Shown here: positions 1 to 11,717 of the stretch, one piece after another
Layout of the letters: every line of letters starts with the position of its first letter
Numbering within the stretch: the first letter of the stretch is position 1
Assembly: GCA_021432655.1 (NCBI GenBank)
Contig: MU271199.1
Location: 118,693 to 138,692 of the forward strand
Direction: 5' to 3'
DNA from: Atractiella rhizophila
Lineage: Eukaryota
Length of the DNA: 20,000 bases
The notes under the pieces: model-generated
The model's input: only the letters and a program-made list of their open reading frames with translations
Database searches by the model: none
Told to the model about the DNA's origin: nothing
Translations under genes and position numbers: made by a program

Positions 1-2251
1 ACCGGACCCGAGTAAGAAGTAAGTGATAAAACGGACCTTTGCACATCCTAATCTGCCGCATCAGCTTGTACTTGTAACGATACATTCCGGTCAATTGGCC
101 AACGTGTGCCTGTTGCAAGTTTGCAGTGTTAGCTCTGCAGCGCAACAAATGAGTAAATGCAGGGGAACTCACGAAGGCAAACTGCAAGCCATCAGCCAGC
201 TGGAAAGCGTCCAGATTTCCTAAGCGATATTGAACGTGTGAATCGACAATGAGTTTCGTGAGGCGGAGGATTTCTCGCATGAGATGGAAGGCGTTTCCGA
301 ATCGCGATTTCTTTCTCTCCTTTGTCGTAAGCGTCTTGATGGGCTTCAGATTCATGTTGTAATCGAGATGGAGATACTGTCCAAATACATGCGTTTGTCA
401 GCCAACTGGTGAGAGCGAGGTAGGCGACTGAAACTCACGTTCAAATTCTTGCGATGTATGAGGAGATTGAGCATATTATATCCCTGTCGGCAAACTTGCA
501 GTCCAGCTTCGACCCAATCCAACGTCGTCCTCTGGAAGAATTTTGTGGCTGCTAACTGTCTGAAGAGGTATTTCTTGGTTTGGGCTCTTGGTGCTCGATG
601 CTTCAGGGTATTGTGGACATAAACCTTAAGGAGTTTCTGATACGACACTCGAACCTTGACTGCGAGGCCTGGCGGACAATGTTCAAGATACCAATTCTTC
701 ACAAGCGGGATATCGATACAACGGATCATCTTGCCGCTCCTCTGATTGTATGGGTATGGAGCCCACCAGAGACCAATGGCATCAGCAGTCGCAGTGCTCT
801 CGGGTTCTTCGAGGTCGGCTTTCATGAGGAAAGGACGGAGGCGGGAAGGGAGTACAAAATCGTCCTCGTCCGTGTCGAGCGGCAGGGTGTCCTCGTGACG
901 GAAGTCTTGATTCGGAGGAGCAACAGAGCGCGATGAAATAGGGTGAATTAGAGGATCGAAATAAAATGCTGGAAGGTAAGGATCATCTGGACGCAGGTAA
1001 AGGACTTTTGGTTCGTGATAAATAGAAATATGGACAGATCGGGGTAAGGAGTTGTAAAGGTGAGGGAATGCGATTCGATATTCTGTTCGAATCTGTTGGC
1101 GAATAATGACCTTGTTAATATCATTAAATTCGTTCCAATCCTCGTCATATGCCTCCGAATCCCGATAGAGAGGCTCAAACTTCGGTCCTCCAGGGATGGC
1201 CATGTTGAGCGCCTTGGCCGTAAAGAAAGATTTGGGCTCAAAGAGATAAAAGTAATTGGAATCTGCATGGTCAGAGAGGAGGTTCTTCCCAAAGCGGTAA
1301 AGGTTGGCCTGCTGGTCGAGGTTCAGGTTCCAGAACTTATACGACGAGCCTGTACCTTGAGTTAGCCCAGTTCATATTTCGCGCAACAGACCTACCATTG
1401 ACGTGTGAAGTCTTCGTCAGGGGCTTATGGTCGTAAAACCACTCGATGATAGGTCTATCCTCCTCCTCATCCAAGTCGAGCTGAATCGCATCCAACGGCT
1501 CCGTATCCAAGATATTGTCTCCGTAGTCCAACTACGTTCCATATTCACCAAAAGCCAGCAGTCAAAAAGGGACGTACCGGTGGCTCCTCATCATCAAATG
1601 GCGGAAACCTCATCCTCTTAAAATGCTTCCTATCCCTCTTCTCCCTTCTCATGGCCACCCACATACTGGCCCACTGCGAATGATAGACCGGTGGGATGAC
1701 TCTCGGAATTTCGTTGACAAAAGTGATCGCTCCCGTGATGTGATAAATGACAGGCACCTCCCTCACTTGCTCCCAAGGCATTGGCATGTTCTCCAACAAC
1801 TTGAGGACCGCGTGAGGCACATATTTCAGGGCTCCGAGGTGCACACGCTTGTCGGTTCGAAATTTGCGATTCGACAAATCCCCGATATCGTGGATAATCT
1901 TCCGAATGTGCTCAGGAGGCAACTCTTGCTTCCCGGTGTCGACATACGCCGTTTTCCTCTACACACGGCACAACAACCCATTACAACCCAATTCTCCAAA
2001 TCTACAGCAGAAGGATAGAAAGCGTACACTAGACCCATATCTCTTAGACTGCAAAGCATTCCACTTTCTCGCCTTCGCATCCAGCGTTTCCTGTGCCATA
2101 GGAGGCGGTTCCTACACGCGCAACATTCGTGAGCTGTAAGACGACACTTTGGGCCAAAACTCACAATGTAAGCGCGTGGCTGGGCTCCATTGTTAAATCC
2201 CGGGAATCCTGGTGGCGGACCGTAGAAGTTAGAGGGTCCAGGTTGCGCCAT
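1..2251 (-). CDS. PRP8: Pre-mRNA splicing factor Prp8 (U5 snRNP), N-terminal part; gene continues beyond the left edge
   Basis: Exons 2251-2165, 2111-2028, 1958-1578, 1531-1396, 1349-439, 376-173 and 109-37 join in frame through GT-AG introns. Translation gives hallmark Prp8 segments: [127 protein letters not shown]. Confidence 0.98.
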
Positions 2252-3440
2252 CGTTGATTCACGAGAGACGTCGAAGTCGAGTGCAATGGAGGTTGGTGGC
2301 AAAAAGAGAGTGGTCCCTTAGGGGTTAGTTGGTCCTTCCAAGTTTGGATTGAGGTTGCCTGGGTTGCTTGCTTTGCTTTTGGACCTTTCTGTTGGGCATG
2401 TCGAGAAATGGATGTGTTATGGGAGACTGTGGTCTGAGATAACGAAAGAAACTTTGGACGGAAGGAGGAGTCGATGACTTAAACGCCAGGTGAGGCTTCG
2501 ACTGGGGTGTACACGACTGCTTCTAGCATAGCTCCCTTTTAAATTTCTCTTCAAATTACCTTGTTCCAGCCTGTGAGAAACATGATTAGCTATCATGACT
2601 AGATTACATCTGAGAACGGCTGCTGGAGCAGCAACTTGCCAATTAAACACCATTCCCAAAAGCGCTATTTTGTTCTTGAGCGTTTTTTTTCATATCTATG
2701 CAAGCTTTCGAACACTTCAAGTATAGGAGCCTGCTCATCTGTAACAGGCAGATGGCGGTATCCCACTTTTTGACATTTGAACGCATTAACTCAAAACGTT
2801 TCTCGTGTGAGGGATGCCTCTGCAAAATTTGCCTATTGTGTGCAAGATTGATAAATGTGCCTCTAGGTTATTGCAAACAGAAGTTGTGCACGTAAAGTAT
2901 TGTGTATCATGACAGACGATGGACTCGGCACCGTTGTCGCGACAAGTCGTACCTTCCTACACCGGCTTGCTACTCCAACATGAGATGCTCACAAAACCTT
3001 TCTTAATTGACACTAACTATCAGCACCAGAAGAATCGCGTCAGTGTTTGTTATGAAATAATCTAGAGATGACCTTAGTCGTTATTTTATTGCCTGACTGA
3101 TTTACTACTGTTTGGATCCTGAGAGCACAAGCCCCGTCGCGTGAAAGTTTGAGTGCATAGATCTCCAAATCGCAGCCATGTCGTGTTCATTCCACTCACT
3201 TCCAGAACGCGATAAGATAGAGGTCTCTCTCTCAGGGTCATGTCCAATGCGATGTTCCACAGCCACAAATGAGAAACGTTGCAAATAAGTTGTTCTCTCT
3301 TTTAGATGTAGATTTGAGTTGAGCAAAGGAGTGAAAAGGGATGAGAGCCTAGGTATTGTTGATTTTTAACCCGTGATCTCTTGTGCTACGATGAAAAAAA
3401 TTATCACAAACATGTTGACCGGATTAATCAATTGAGTCGT

Positions 3441-4488
3441 TCACATCAAGGTATTAGCAAGAAAATGTGCAACATTAGTATCGATCCCTCTCATGCAGGG
3501 TGCCTCTACGCCTTTCTTCTCATCAGCATCCTTCTCTAACCTTTTATCACCCCTCGTTCTTCTTTTTCGGTCCTTCCGAATCAAGGGTTGATGGGGGACA
3601 ATCTGTGGAATGATTGTCTCCATAGGCGCCATTTTCTTGTCTCTCTCCGCCGCCGCATCTGTCATTTCAAACTCGTCCTCCTCCCACATCGTCCGAGCAG
3701 CGTCAACGGTTTCCCATATCTGGCTCTCCACAGTTTGGAGCTGTTCATGAGAGTCTTTCGGGAGGCACACCTTGTCCAACGGATCCTCGAATAAAGGAGA
3801 GATACTCTCTTCCCAGAACTCGCCCCAAGGAACATTGTCTCTCCCAAACTAATCGATGCTATCACCTCAGTTTCTGAAGAGGTAGACTTTTGTTGTGGCT
3901 GGATGCCTTCGGAATACGAGGCGCTCAGACAAGGTGGGGGATATCGCGATGGTCTAATTGGCCAGTTCATTGTAACTAGTGGTATGACGTGGAGGGAACT
4001 CTTGATTCGCGATTCAGCTCGTAAAACGCTATACAGCTCTTGCTCAGCCTTCAAATCCTTTTCGTACCATTCGATAGTAGGACTCGATGGCATAAACCTC
4101 GGTTCGACGGGGTGCCGATAATAAGGGACCGAAAAGGGAGAAAATGGCGAGAAGCGAAGGTAGGTGGCAGTTCGGACCAGCGCAGATGCAGACGTCTAAC
4201 TTGAGGAGGATGGCGAGCAAACGTCGGGAGCTTTCTCAGGTGTGCCAGAAAGCGGTCTATTTTGATTGGTCGGATAATCCGTATCGAACTACTCGAATGT
4301 TCAACTGAGGCTTGGTCGTCTGCCACTTCTTGAATTTTAGGTGGCGACATTGCGGCCATTTCCAGAGAACGATTCACCCCTGATTGTTCCGCCACCCAAG
4401 CCCTCGTTCGTTGATACGACGTATGACCAGAGGAGAGGATCTGAGTCGAATTGCAGGGGTCTTGACAGGCAGGTGGGTGCGTACTCAT
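3441..4488 (-). pseudogene. Degenerate hypothetical gene of unknown family, copy 1
   Basis: ATG at 4488 (MSTHPPACQD...). Coding-like sequence is spread over three frames (4488-4051, 4093-3662, ~3848-3441). A 1-bp deletion relative to copy 2 near 4135 breaks the frame. I could not build a convincing intron model and recognise no domain. Confidence 0.45.
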
Positions 4489-5351
4489 CCTGACCCGTTT
4501 GGTTCAACTACCTATCTTTGAGAGGAGTGTAGGCGAGGCCAGCAGGGAATGTTAAACCCAGTTAACTAGATTCGGCCTGAGTTAAGGGTGGTATGAGCGG
4601 TGTTTTGGACAGTTTGAAAGGGGTTAGGTAGGGAGTCTGAATGGAGGGACTGCAACGGACTCGAAGAATCGAAAAGAGGCCGTTTCTACAACAGCTAGAA
4701 GATTATGACCAAAACCAGGATTCGAAGTCCCTTTTCCGCTTTTCTCATCTCAAAGCGAAATGCGGGAAGCAGCAAGCGCTGACAGAGTCCCATAGTGACC
4801 CTTATCGAAACTGAAGCTCCTTTTTCTTGGCAACATCGTAAAAAAGATGACAGTTGATACCAGAACGGTGGAAAGAGAGTACAAATCTCAAACAGTGACA
4901 GGGAGCTTGTACGGCGAAATGCTTTCATTCATTCTCCTTCGACCATCGGCCGCAAATGTCTAGGGTCAGCCTTTATCAAACAGAGCGTTGCTCGTGGATG
5001 TAGACTGCACTTGTGAACAATACGTTCAACTGGATTGGAGTCCGACAAAGGACTTGCTGCTTGGAAGTCATGGAGAAAGTGGAGTCAAACAGCATGACGT
5101 AGTTTAGATCTGGTTTTATTCACCACTTCTCTTTGATCAACTGCAGTGATAAAACGGCCAGCAATGTTGGGTGAAGGTTAGGAACTACGGCGAGCTAGGA
5201 TACCTGCACCAATCAACACAGCTCAAGCTGTGTGAAATCAAGCCAAGGCACTTATCCTGGGGACTGAGGTGAAACATGGGCATGGCATAGCTTGATGGTT
5301 ATCGAACATGGATCAAAATCGTGCAGAAACTGAGAATCGAAAGTAGATCGC

Positions 5352-6195
5352 CTAATAACCGTAAACCGCAAGCTTCTCTGAGACCTCGTTCGAGCTTGGT
5401 GCACTGGCAAGAGCAGCTTTTCGGGCCTTAAGGGATGTGAGCTATAGTAGCAAGCATTAGGAGTGTTTCCTTGACAAATCGTGAAATTGCTTTACCTTGC
5501 GCTGGTGGAATGCTGCAGCCTTGACCTTTCGCTTCTCCTCAAGACGGTCGACAACATCCTTGTATCCCCATCCGACCTCGTGTGACAGGCGCTAATTTAA
5601 GTGCGACCAATCACTACATATTCCACATAGCCAGAATTAAAGGTTACGCACCTTGAGAGTGCAGAACTTCCTCCCCGGCTTCAACCTGAGAACTCTAAGA
5701 GCCTGGGGTACAACCACCTTCTTCTTCCTGTCGTACGGAGGGGGAACTCCTTCGAAGAACTTGACCCTCTTGAGGGCAGCGGTACCACGAGCGGTCTTGT
5801 GAGGAACCATTCCACGGATAGTGCGGAAGAGGATTTTGGAAGGAGCACGGTGGTGGAATGGACCGCTTTTCTTGGGGTTGACGATATGGCGCTTGTGAAG
5901 GAAATCGTGATACTTAAGCTGCACATATCATGAGTACACTTCTCGATGCCATAACCTCTGAGATATAGCTGCAAAACAGCGCACCTTGTTCCTGAAGAAG
6001 CTGCCGCTCATGTTAATCTCCTCACATCGGACGACGACGACCTTTTGTCCATTGAGAGCCTGCTTAGCGATAATGGAACTTTCCCAAACTACATTCAACA
6101 CATTTTCACACCCAAGCAAATGCTCTTTACCTGAGCCGACCGAGAAGGTGTCCCTTGCCATCGATTACGATGGGCGTGCTGCTGATGGTCGCCAT
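5352..6195 (-). CDS. RPL16: 60S ribosomal protein uL13 (yeast L16 / mammalian L13a), copy 1
   Basis: Exons 6195-6131, 6078-5985, 5918-5652, 5591-5496 and 5441-5352 give [60 protein letters not shown]...[27 protein letters not shown]...[31 protein letters not shown]...LAVYGY*. Confidence 0.97.
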
Positions 6196-7128
6196 AGGGA
6201 AAAAGACTGTGGAGAGTCGTTAGACAGAATGGGAGAGTTTGGGAGCGCTAACCTGTTTGCTATGAGCTAAGCACAGAGGAGGAGAACAAACGTTACCTTT
6301 TGTCAGTACTTACGGTCAGAAAGCCAAAAAAAAAGTTGGTCTTCAATCAATTTCGCTTGATCAGGAAAGTGCGCGATTGTCATCAAGAGTCATCGCGACC
6401 ATTTGAGCAAGGATGGCATTTAACACCGTCAAAAAAGAGCCTCTTGCTCGTAGCTCTACTGCTGAACTAAAAGACGTGTTTCCTATGAAGTAATTGTTGA
6501 ATGGATAATTGAGACCCTTAATGAGGTATTCCGGGTATACCAAACCCCTGACAATCCGAGGTAGGCACAAAATTACGCGATGTTAAAGATCTATGTAAAA
6601 TTTCGACCTTACGTGTTAAGTTTCTGGGTATCACATAGTACTCCAACATGAGGTGCTCACAAAACCTTCCTTAATTGACACTAAATATCAGCGCCAGAAG
6701 AATCGCGTCAGTGTTTGTTATGAAATAATCTAGAGATGACCTTAGTCGTTATTTTATTGCCTGACTGATTTACTACTGTTTGGACCCTGAGAGCACAAGC
6801 CCCGTCGCGTGAAAGTTTGAGTGCATAGATCTCCAAATCGCAGCCATGTCGTGTTCATTCCACTCACTTCCAGAACGCGATAAGATAGAGGTCTCTCTCT
6901 CAGGGTCATGTCCAATGCGATGTTCCACAGCCACAGATGAGAAACGTTGCAAACAAGTTGTTCTCTCTTTTAGATGTAGATTTGAGTTGAGCAAAGGAGT
7001 GAAAAGGGATGAGAGCCCAGGTATTGTTGGTTTGTAACCCGAGATCTCTTGTGCTCCTCAAAGCACGATGAAAAATTATCACAAATATTTTGACCAGATT
7101 AATCAATTGAGTCGTTCACATCAAGGTA

Positions 7129-8107
7129 TCAGACAAGAAAAGGTGCAACATTAGTATCGATCCCTCTCATGAAGGGTGCTTCTACGCCTTTCTTCTCACC
7201 ATCCTCCTTCTCTAACCTTTTATCGCCCCTCGTTCTTCTTTTTCGGTCCTTCCGAACCGAGGGTTGATGCTGGACAATCTGTGGAATGATTGTTTCCACT
7301 CTCTCCGCCGCCGCATCTGTCATTTCAAACTCATCCTCCTCCCACATCGTCCGAGTTCATGTTCATAAGAGTCTTTTGGAGAAGCACACCTTGTCCAATG
7401 GATCCTCGAATAAAGGAGGGATACTCTCTTCCCAGAACTCGCCCCAAGGAACATTGTCTCTCTCCAAACTAATCGATGCTATCACCTCAGTTTCTGAAGA
7501 GGGAGACAGTTGTGGCCTGGATGCCTTCGGAATACGAGGCGCTCAGACAAGGTGGGGGATATCGCGATGGTCTAATTGGCCAGTTCATTGTAACTATTGG
7601 TATGCCGTGGAGGAAACTCTTGATTCGCGATTCAGCTCGTAAAACGCTATACAGTTCTTGCTCGGCCTTCAAATCCTTTTCGTACCATTCGATAGTAGGA
7701 CTGGATGGCATAAACCTCGGTTCGACGGGGTACGGATAGTAAGGGACCGAAAAGGCGAGAAAATGGCGAGAAGCGAAGGTAGGTAGCAGTTCGGACCAGC
7801 GCAGAGGCAGACGTCTAACCTGAGGAGGATGGTGAGCGAACGTCGGTAGCTTTCTCAGGTATGCCAGAAAGCGGTCTATTCTAAGTGGTCGGATAACCCG
7901 TATCGAACTACTCGAATGGTCAACTGAGGCTTGGTCGTCTGCCACTTCTTGAATTTTAGGTGGCGACATTGAGGCCCTTTCTAGAGAACGATTCACCCCT
8001 GATTGTTCCGCCACCCAAGCCCTCGTTCGTTGATACGACTTAAGACCAGAAGAGAGGATCTGAGTCGAATTGCTCGGGTCTTGACAGGCAGGTGGGTGCG
8101 TACTCAT
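7129..8107 (-). pseudogene. Degenerate hypothetical gene of unknown family, copy 2
   Basis: Paralog of 3441-4488. Open for 206 aa from ATG 8107, then stops; it has a 2-bp indel near 7510, a ~40-bp deletion near 7355 and an ~18-bp deletion near 7298 relative to copy 1. Confidence 0.45.
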
Positions 8108-8989
8108 GCTGACCAGTTCGGTTCAACGACTGAATTTTTTGAGAGGAGCGTAGGCGAGGCGAGCAAGGAATGTTAAACCAGTTGACTAGATTCGGCCTGA
8201 ATTAAGGGTGGTAGGAGCGGTGTTTTGGACAGTTTAAAACGGTTAGGTAGGGAGTGCTGCTGAACGTGATTGCGACGGACTCGAAGTATCGAAAAGAAGC
8301 TGTTTCTGCAACAGCTAGAAGATTATGACGAAAAATCAGGATTCGAAGTCCCTTTTCCGCTTTTCTCATCTCAAAGCGCAAGGCGGGAAGCAGCAAAGCG
8401 CTGACAGAGTCCCACAGTGACCCTTATCGAAACTGAAGCTCCTTTTCTTGGCAAGATCGTAACAAAGAATACGACAGTCGATACTAGATCGGTCGAAAGA
8501 GAAGAGTAACAAAATCTCAAACAGTGAAAGGGAGCTTCTACGGCGAAATGTTTACATCCGTTCTCCTTTGACCATCGGCCGCAAATGTCCAGGGTCAGCC
8601 TTTATCAAACAGAGCGTTGCTGGTGGATGTAGACTGCGCCTGTGAACAGTGCGTTCAACTGGATTGGAGTCCGACAAAGGACTTGCTGCTTGAAAGTCAT
8701 GGAGAAAGTAGAGTCAAACAGCATGACGTAGTTTAGATCTGGTTTTGTTCACCCCTTCTTCTCTTTGATCACATCAACTACAGTAACAAAACGGCGAGCA
8801 ATCTTGGGTGAAAGTTAGGAATTATGGCGAGCTAGAATACCTGCACCAATCAACACAGCTCAAGCTGTATGAAATCAAGCCAAGGCACTTTATCCTGGGG
8901 ACTGAGGTGAAACATGGGCATGGCATAGCTTGATGGTTATCGAACATGGATCAAAATCGTGCAGAAACTGAGAATCGAAAGTAGATCGC

Positions 8990-9833
8990 CTAATAACCGT
9001 AAACCGCAAGCTTCTCTGAGACCTCGTTCGAGCTTGGTGCACTGGCAAGAGCAGCTTTTCGGGCCTTAAGGGATGTGAGCTATAGTAGCAAGCATTAGGA
9101 GTGTTTCCTTGACAAATCGTGAAATTGCTTTACCTTGCGCTGGTGGAATGCTGCAGCCTTGACCTTTCGCTTCTCCTCAAGACGGTCGACAACATCCTTG
9201 TATCCCCATCCGACCTCGTGTGACAGGCGCTAATTCAAGTGCGACCAATCACTACATATTCCACATAGCCAGAATTAAAGGTTACGCACCTTGAGAGTGC
9301 AGAACTTCCTCCCCGGCTTCAACCTGAGAACTCTAAGAGCCTGGGGTACAACCACCTTCTTCTTCCTGTCGTACGGAGGGGGAACTCCTTCGAAGAACTT
9401 GACCCTCTTGAGGGCAGCGGTACCACGAGCGGTCTTGTGAGGAACCATTCCACGGATAGTGCGGAAGAGGATTTTGGAAGGAGCACGGTGGTGGAATGGA
9501 CCGCTTTTCTTGGGGTTGACGATATGGCGCTTGTGAAGGAAATCGTGATACTTAAGCTGCACATATCATGAGTACACTTCTCGATGCCATAACCTCTGAG
9601 ATATAGCTGCAAAACAGCGCACCTTGTTCCTGAAGAAGCTGCCGCTCATGTTAATCTCCTCACATCGGACGACAACGACCTTTTGTCCATTGAGAGCCTG
9701 CTTAGCGATAATGGAACTTTCCCAAACTACATTCAACACATTTTCACACCCAAGCAAATGCTCTTTACCTGAGCCGACCGAGAAGGTGTCCCTTGCCATC
9801 GATTACGATGGGCGTGCTGCTGATGGTCGCCAT
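8990..9833 (-). CDS. RPL16: 60S ribosomal protein uL13 (L16/L13a), copy 2
   Basis: Same five-exon structure and the same protein as 5352-6195, shifted by 3638. Confidence 0.97.
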
Positions 9834-10631
9834 AGGGAAAAAGACTGTGGAGAGTCGTTAGACAGAATGGGAGAGTTTGGGAGCGCTAACCTGTTTGCTA
9901 TGAGCTAAGCACAGAGGAGGAGAACAAACGTTACCTTTTGTCAGTACTTACGGTCAGAAAGCCAAAAAAAAAAAACAACCAAAAAGGAAATGACAACGGA
10001 ACCGTAAAACCTTTTGAAAGGTTGCAAGGTTCCTTCCCCCTGGTCCCAAAACCCCCCCCCCCCCCCCAATCAAGGAGGGTCAACGGAATTAACTCCCGGA
10101 AAAAAGTTTGGGAAGAATGAGAAAAGATGGGAAAACAAAACCCCCCAAGCCAATGGAACGGTAAGCCCCCCCGCAAACAAGTTTATAACTTTAATCCTTC
10201 CCTTACCCTTGAAGGTGCCTCCAAAAAACTGGCAAGCCCAAAACGCAATCAAAAAAGGAAAAGCCGAAAAACCAAGGCTGCGCTGTGAGCCCGGTGAATA
10301 ACATGAAGGCGACCTAGTGACGATTGGAGCACAGAGAAGAGTCAAAGACCATCCCTTTCATTCAGCTACGCATGTTAAACAAAGGTTTACTTCTTGTTGA
10401 TAAATACCATAAAACTACCATCATAACTGCTTGGCAATATGCTCTGATCTCTAGCGCAGTGCATGCTGACTGGCAGTCGCGAAAATATTGAAATATTGAA
10501 GAATGATAAATAATGCTCTCGTGGGAACTGAGGGAAATGTGTCCATTGTCAACGACTATTACGGTTGAAAATAATCAATCTCAGGCTCGTGTTAGTAATA
10601 TGAACACATACCGATCTCACTTGCAAAGCTG

Positions 10632-11384
10632 TCATTTGGACTTCCTTGTAAATTTCTGCCTCAAGCTCTTGAGCTCCTTCCTGTTCTCGTCTCCCCGTTG
10701 CATTATATGTCTCTCTCTCCTTCCCTCTTCCACGCCCTCTTCGAAAACATTCTGTTTCCTGGCTCTTTCCGTGTCGTCGAACTCTCCAGAACGCCTGGAC
10801 TCCATGCTGTCCAAATACGACAGTGTAAAGTCATCGTCCTCATTCTCAGCCCATTCTTCTTCCTCGCTGTAGAAGTCGTGATCGGAAACAACGAGCCTGG
10901 GAGGAAGGGGAGATGGGTACCCCTCATCGCCAATGAGGATACGCCTTGCCTTTCCAACGATACGGCTCTCTTCCAAATCTAAAGCACTCTTTGATCTCCA
11001 ATGACTGTTGGACTTCGCTTTCTTATGCCCATTAGTACCCACTTGAAAGTTAACAGAAGGTGACAGGGACACTGTCGAGCTGGAATGTGGAAGGAAAAGT
11101 GTCGGGAGGCTGTCGATCGAGGAGGTATAGGAGTACCGACCACTCCTGCTCTTGAACGACGAGCAGTCGGACAAACTTGAGGTAGACGAGGTGGAAATGT
11201 TGCGGTTGTGACTGTGCGATTTTGGGAGAAGCAGATTGGACAGAGAGGTCGTAGAGCTGTTCGCGCTATTGGCACCAGAGGACTGCGATTTGGATAGCTT
11301 GGAGAGGAAGAAGGAGAAGGTGTTGGGCTGGTCTGGAGGGGGATAATGTAGTGAAGCACCGATAGTCGAGCCGATTGATTGCAT
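10632..11384 (-). CDS. Hypothetical Ser-rich, probably disordered protein (250 aa, no apparent intron)
   Basis: Long ATG-started ORF with a Ser-rich N-half and an acidic/basic C-terminus. The frame is preserved in the second copy at 19647-20000. No known domain recognised. Confidence 0.7.
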   Translation of the reverse strand: MQSIGSTIGASLHYPPPDQPNTFSFFLSKLSKSQSSGANSANSSTTSLSNLLLPKSHSHNRNISTSSTSSLSDCSSFKSRSGRYSYTSSIDSLPTLFLPHSSSTVSLSPSVNFQVGTNGHKKAKSNSHWRSKSALDLEESRIVGKARRILIGDEGYPSPLPPRLVVSDHDFYSEEEEWAENEDDDFTLSYLDSMESRRSGEFDDTERARKQNVFEEGVEEGRRERHIMQRGDENRKELKSLRQKFTRKSK

Positions 11385-11717
11385 CGTGAAGTGGATATTC
11401 GCTTAGGTGATAAACAAGGACTCGGATGCTGTATACAGAGCTGATTATGCTGCTTTAAATCTATAATCTGTAAAAAACCTGAGGAAAGGGGAGTCGTGAA
11501 GCGCTCAGCGCTGTGAAGCTGGATTATAGCGATATGTGGGGACCTGTTGCGATTGCGAGTCTGCAAGCTGCTTTTATTCCACACATCCTTTGTTGCCTTC
11601 GTTCTTTGTTGACCCTGTCAACAACATGCAGTCTGCCGCACTTGATCGCGAGTATCGTTTCACGTGACACTTCGGAAGCAATTAACGACGACGCATCACT
11701 GACAACATCATCAGAAC

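Larger units (their letters stand above)
2971..6334. repeat. Tandem segmental duplication, copy 1 (~3.36 kb)
   Basis: Starts at TACTCCAACATGAG and ends in the A-run after GTCAGAAAGCC; colinear with 6639-9975, with the same duplicated ORFs in the ORF track. Confidence 0.95.
6639..9975. repeat. Tandem segmental duplication, copy 2
   Basis: Colinear with 2971-6334; offset 3638 over the RPL16 gene. Confidence 0.95.

Noticed and set aside
580..2139. Plus-strand ORFs overlapping PRP8, and similar antisense ORFs over other genes
   Set aside because: Shadow frames of real coding exons on the opposite strand.
1..2251. PRP8 intein, known from some fungi
   Set aside because: The known insertion site is far C-terminal of the part in this window; the visible exons have no insertion.
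2300..2970. Short ORFs and a telomere-like TTAGGGGTTAG upstream of PRP8
   Set aside because: No recognisable protein or splice pattern; the motif is a single short occurrence.
5352..6313. Intronic snoRNAs like those hosted by vertebrate RPL13A
   Set aside because: Introns are only 46-66 nt and show no paired C/D boxes.
6300..6325. U1 snRNA-like TACTTAC on the plus strand
   Set aside because: It is just the reverse complement of a GTAAGT donor; no U1 stems or Sm site follow.
9931..10345. Pro/Lys/Gly-rich ORFs and a C17 tract (G-quadruplex candidate)
   Set aside because: They lie in the corrupted tract and are absent from the clean copy at 18976-19295.
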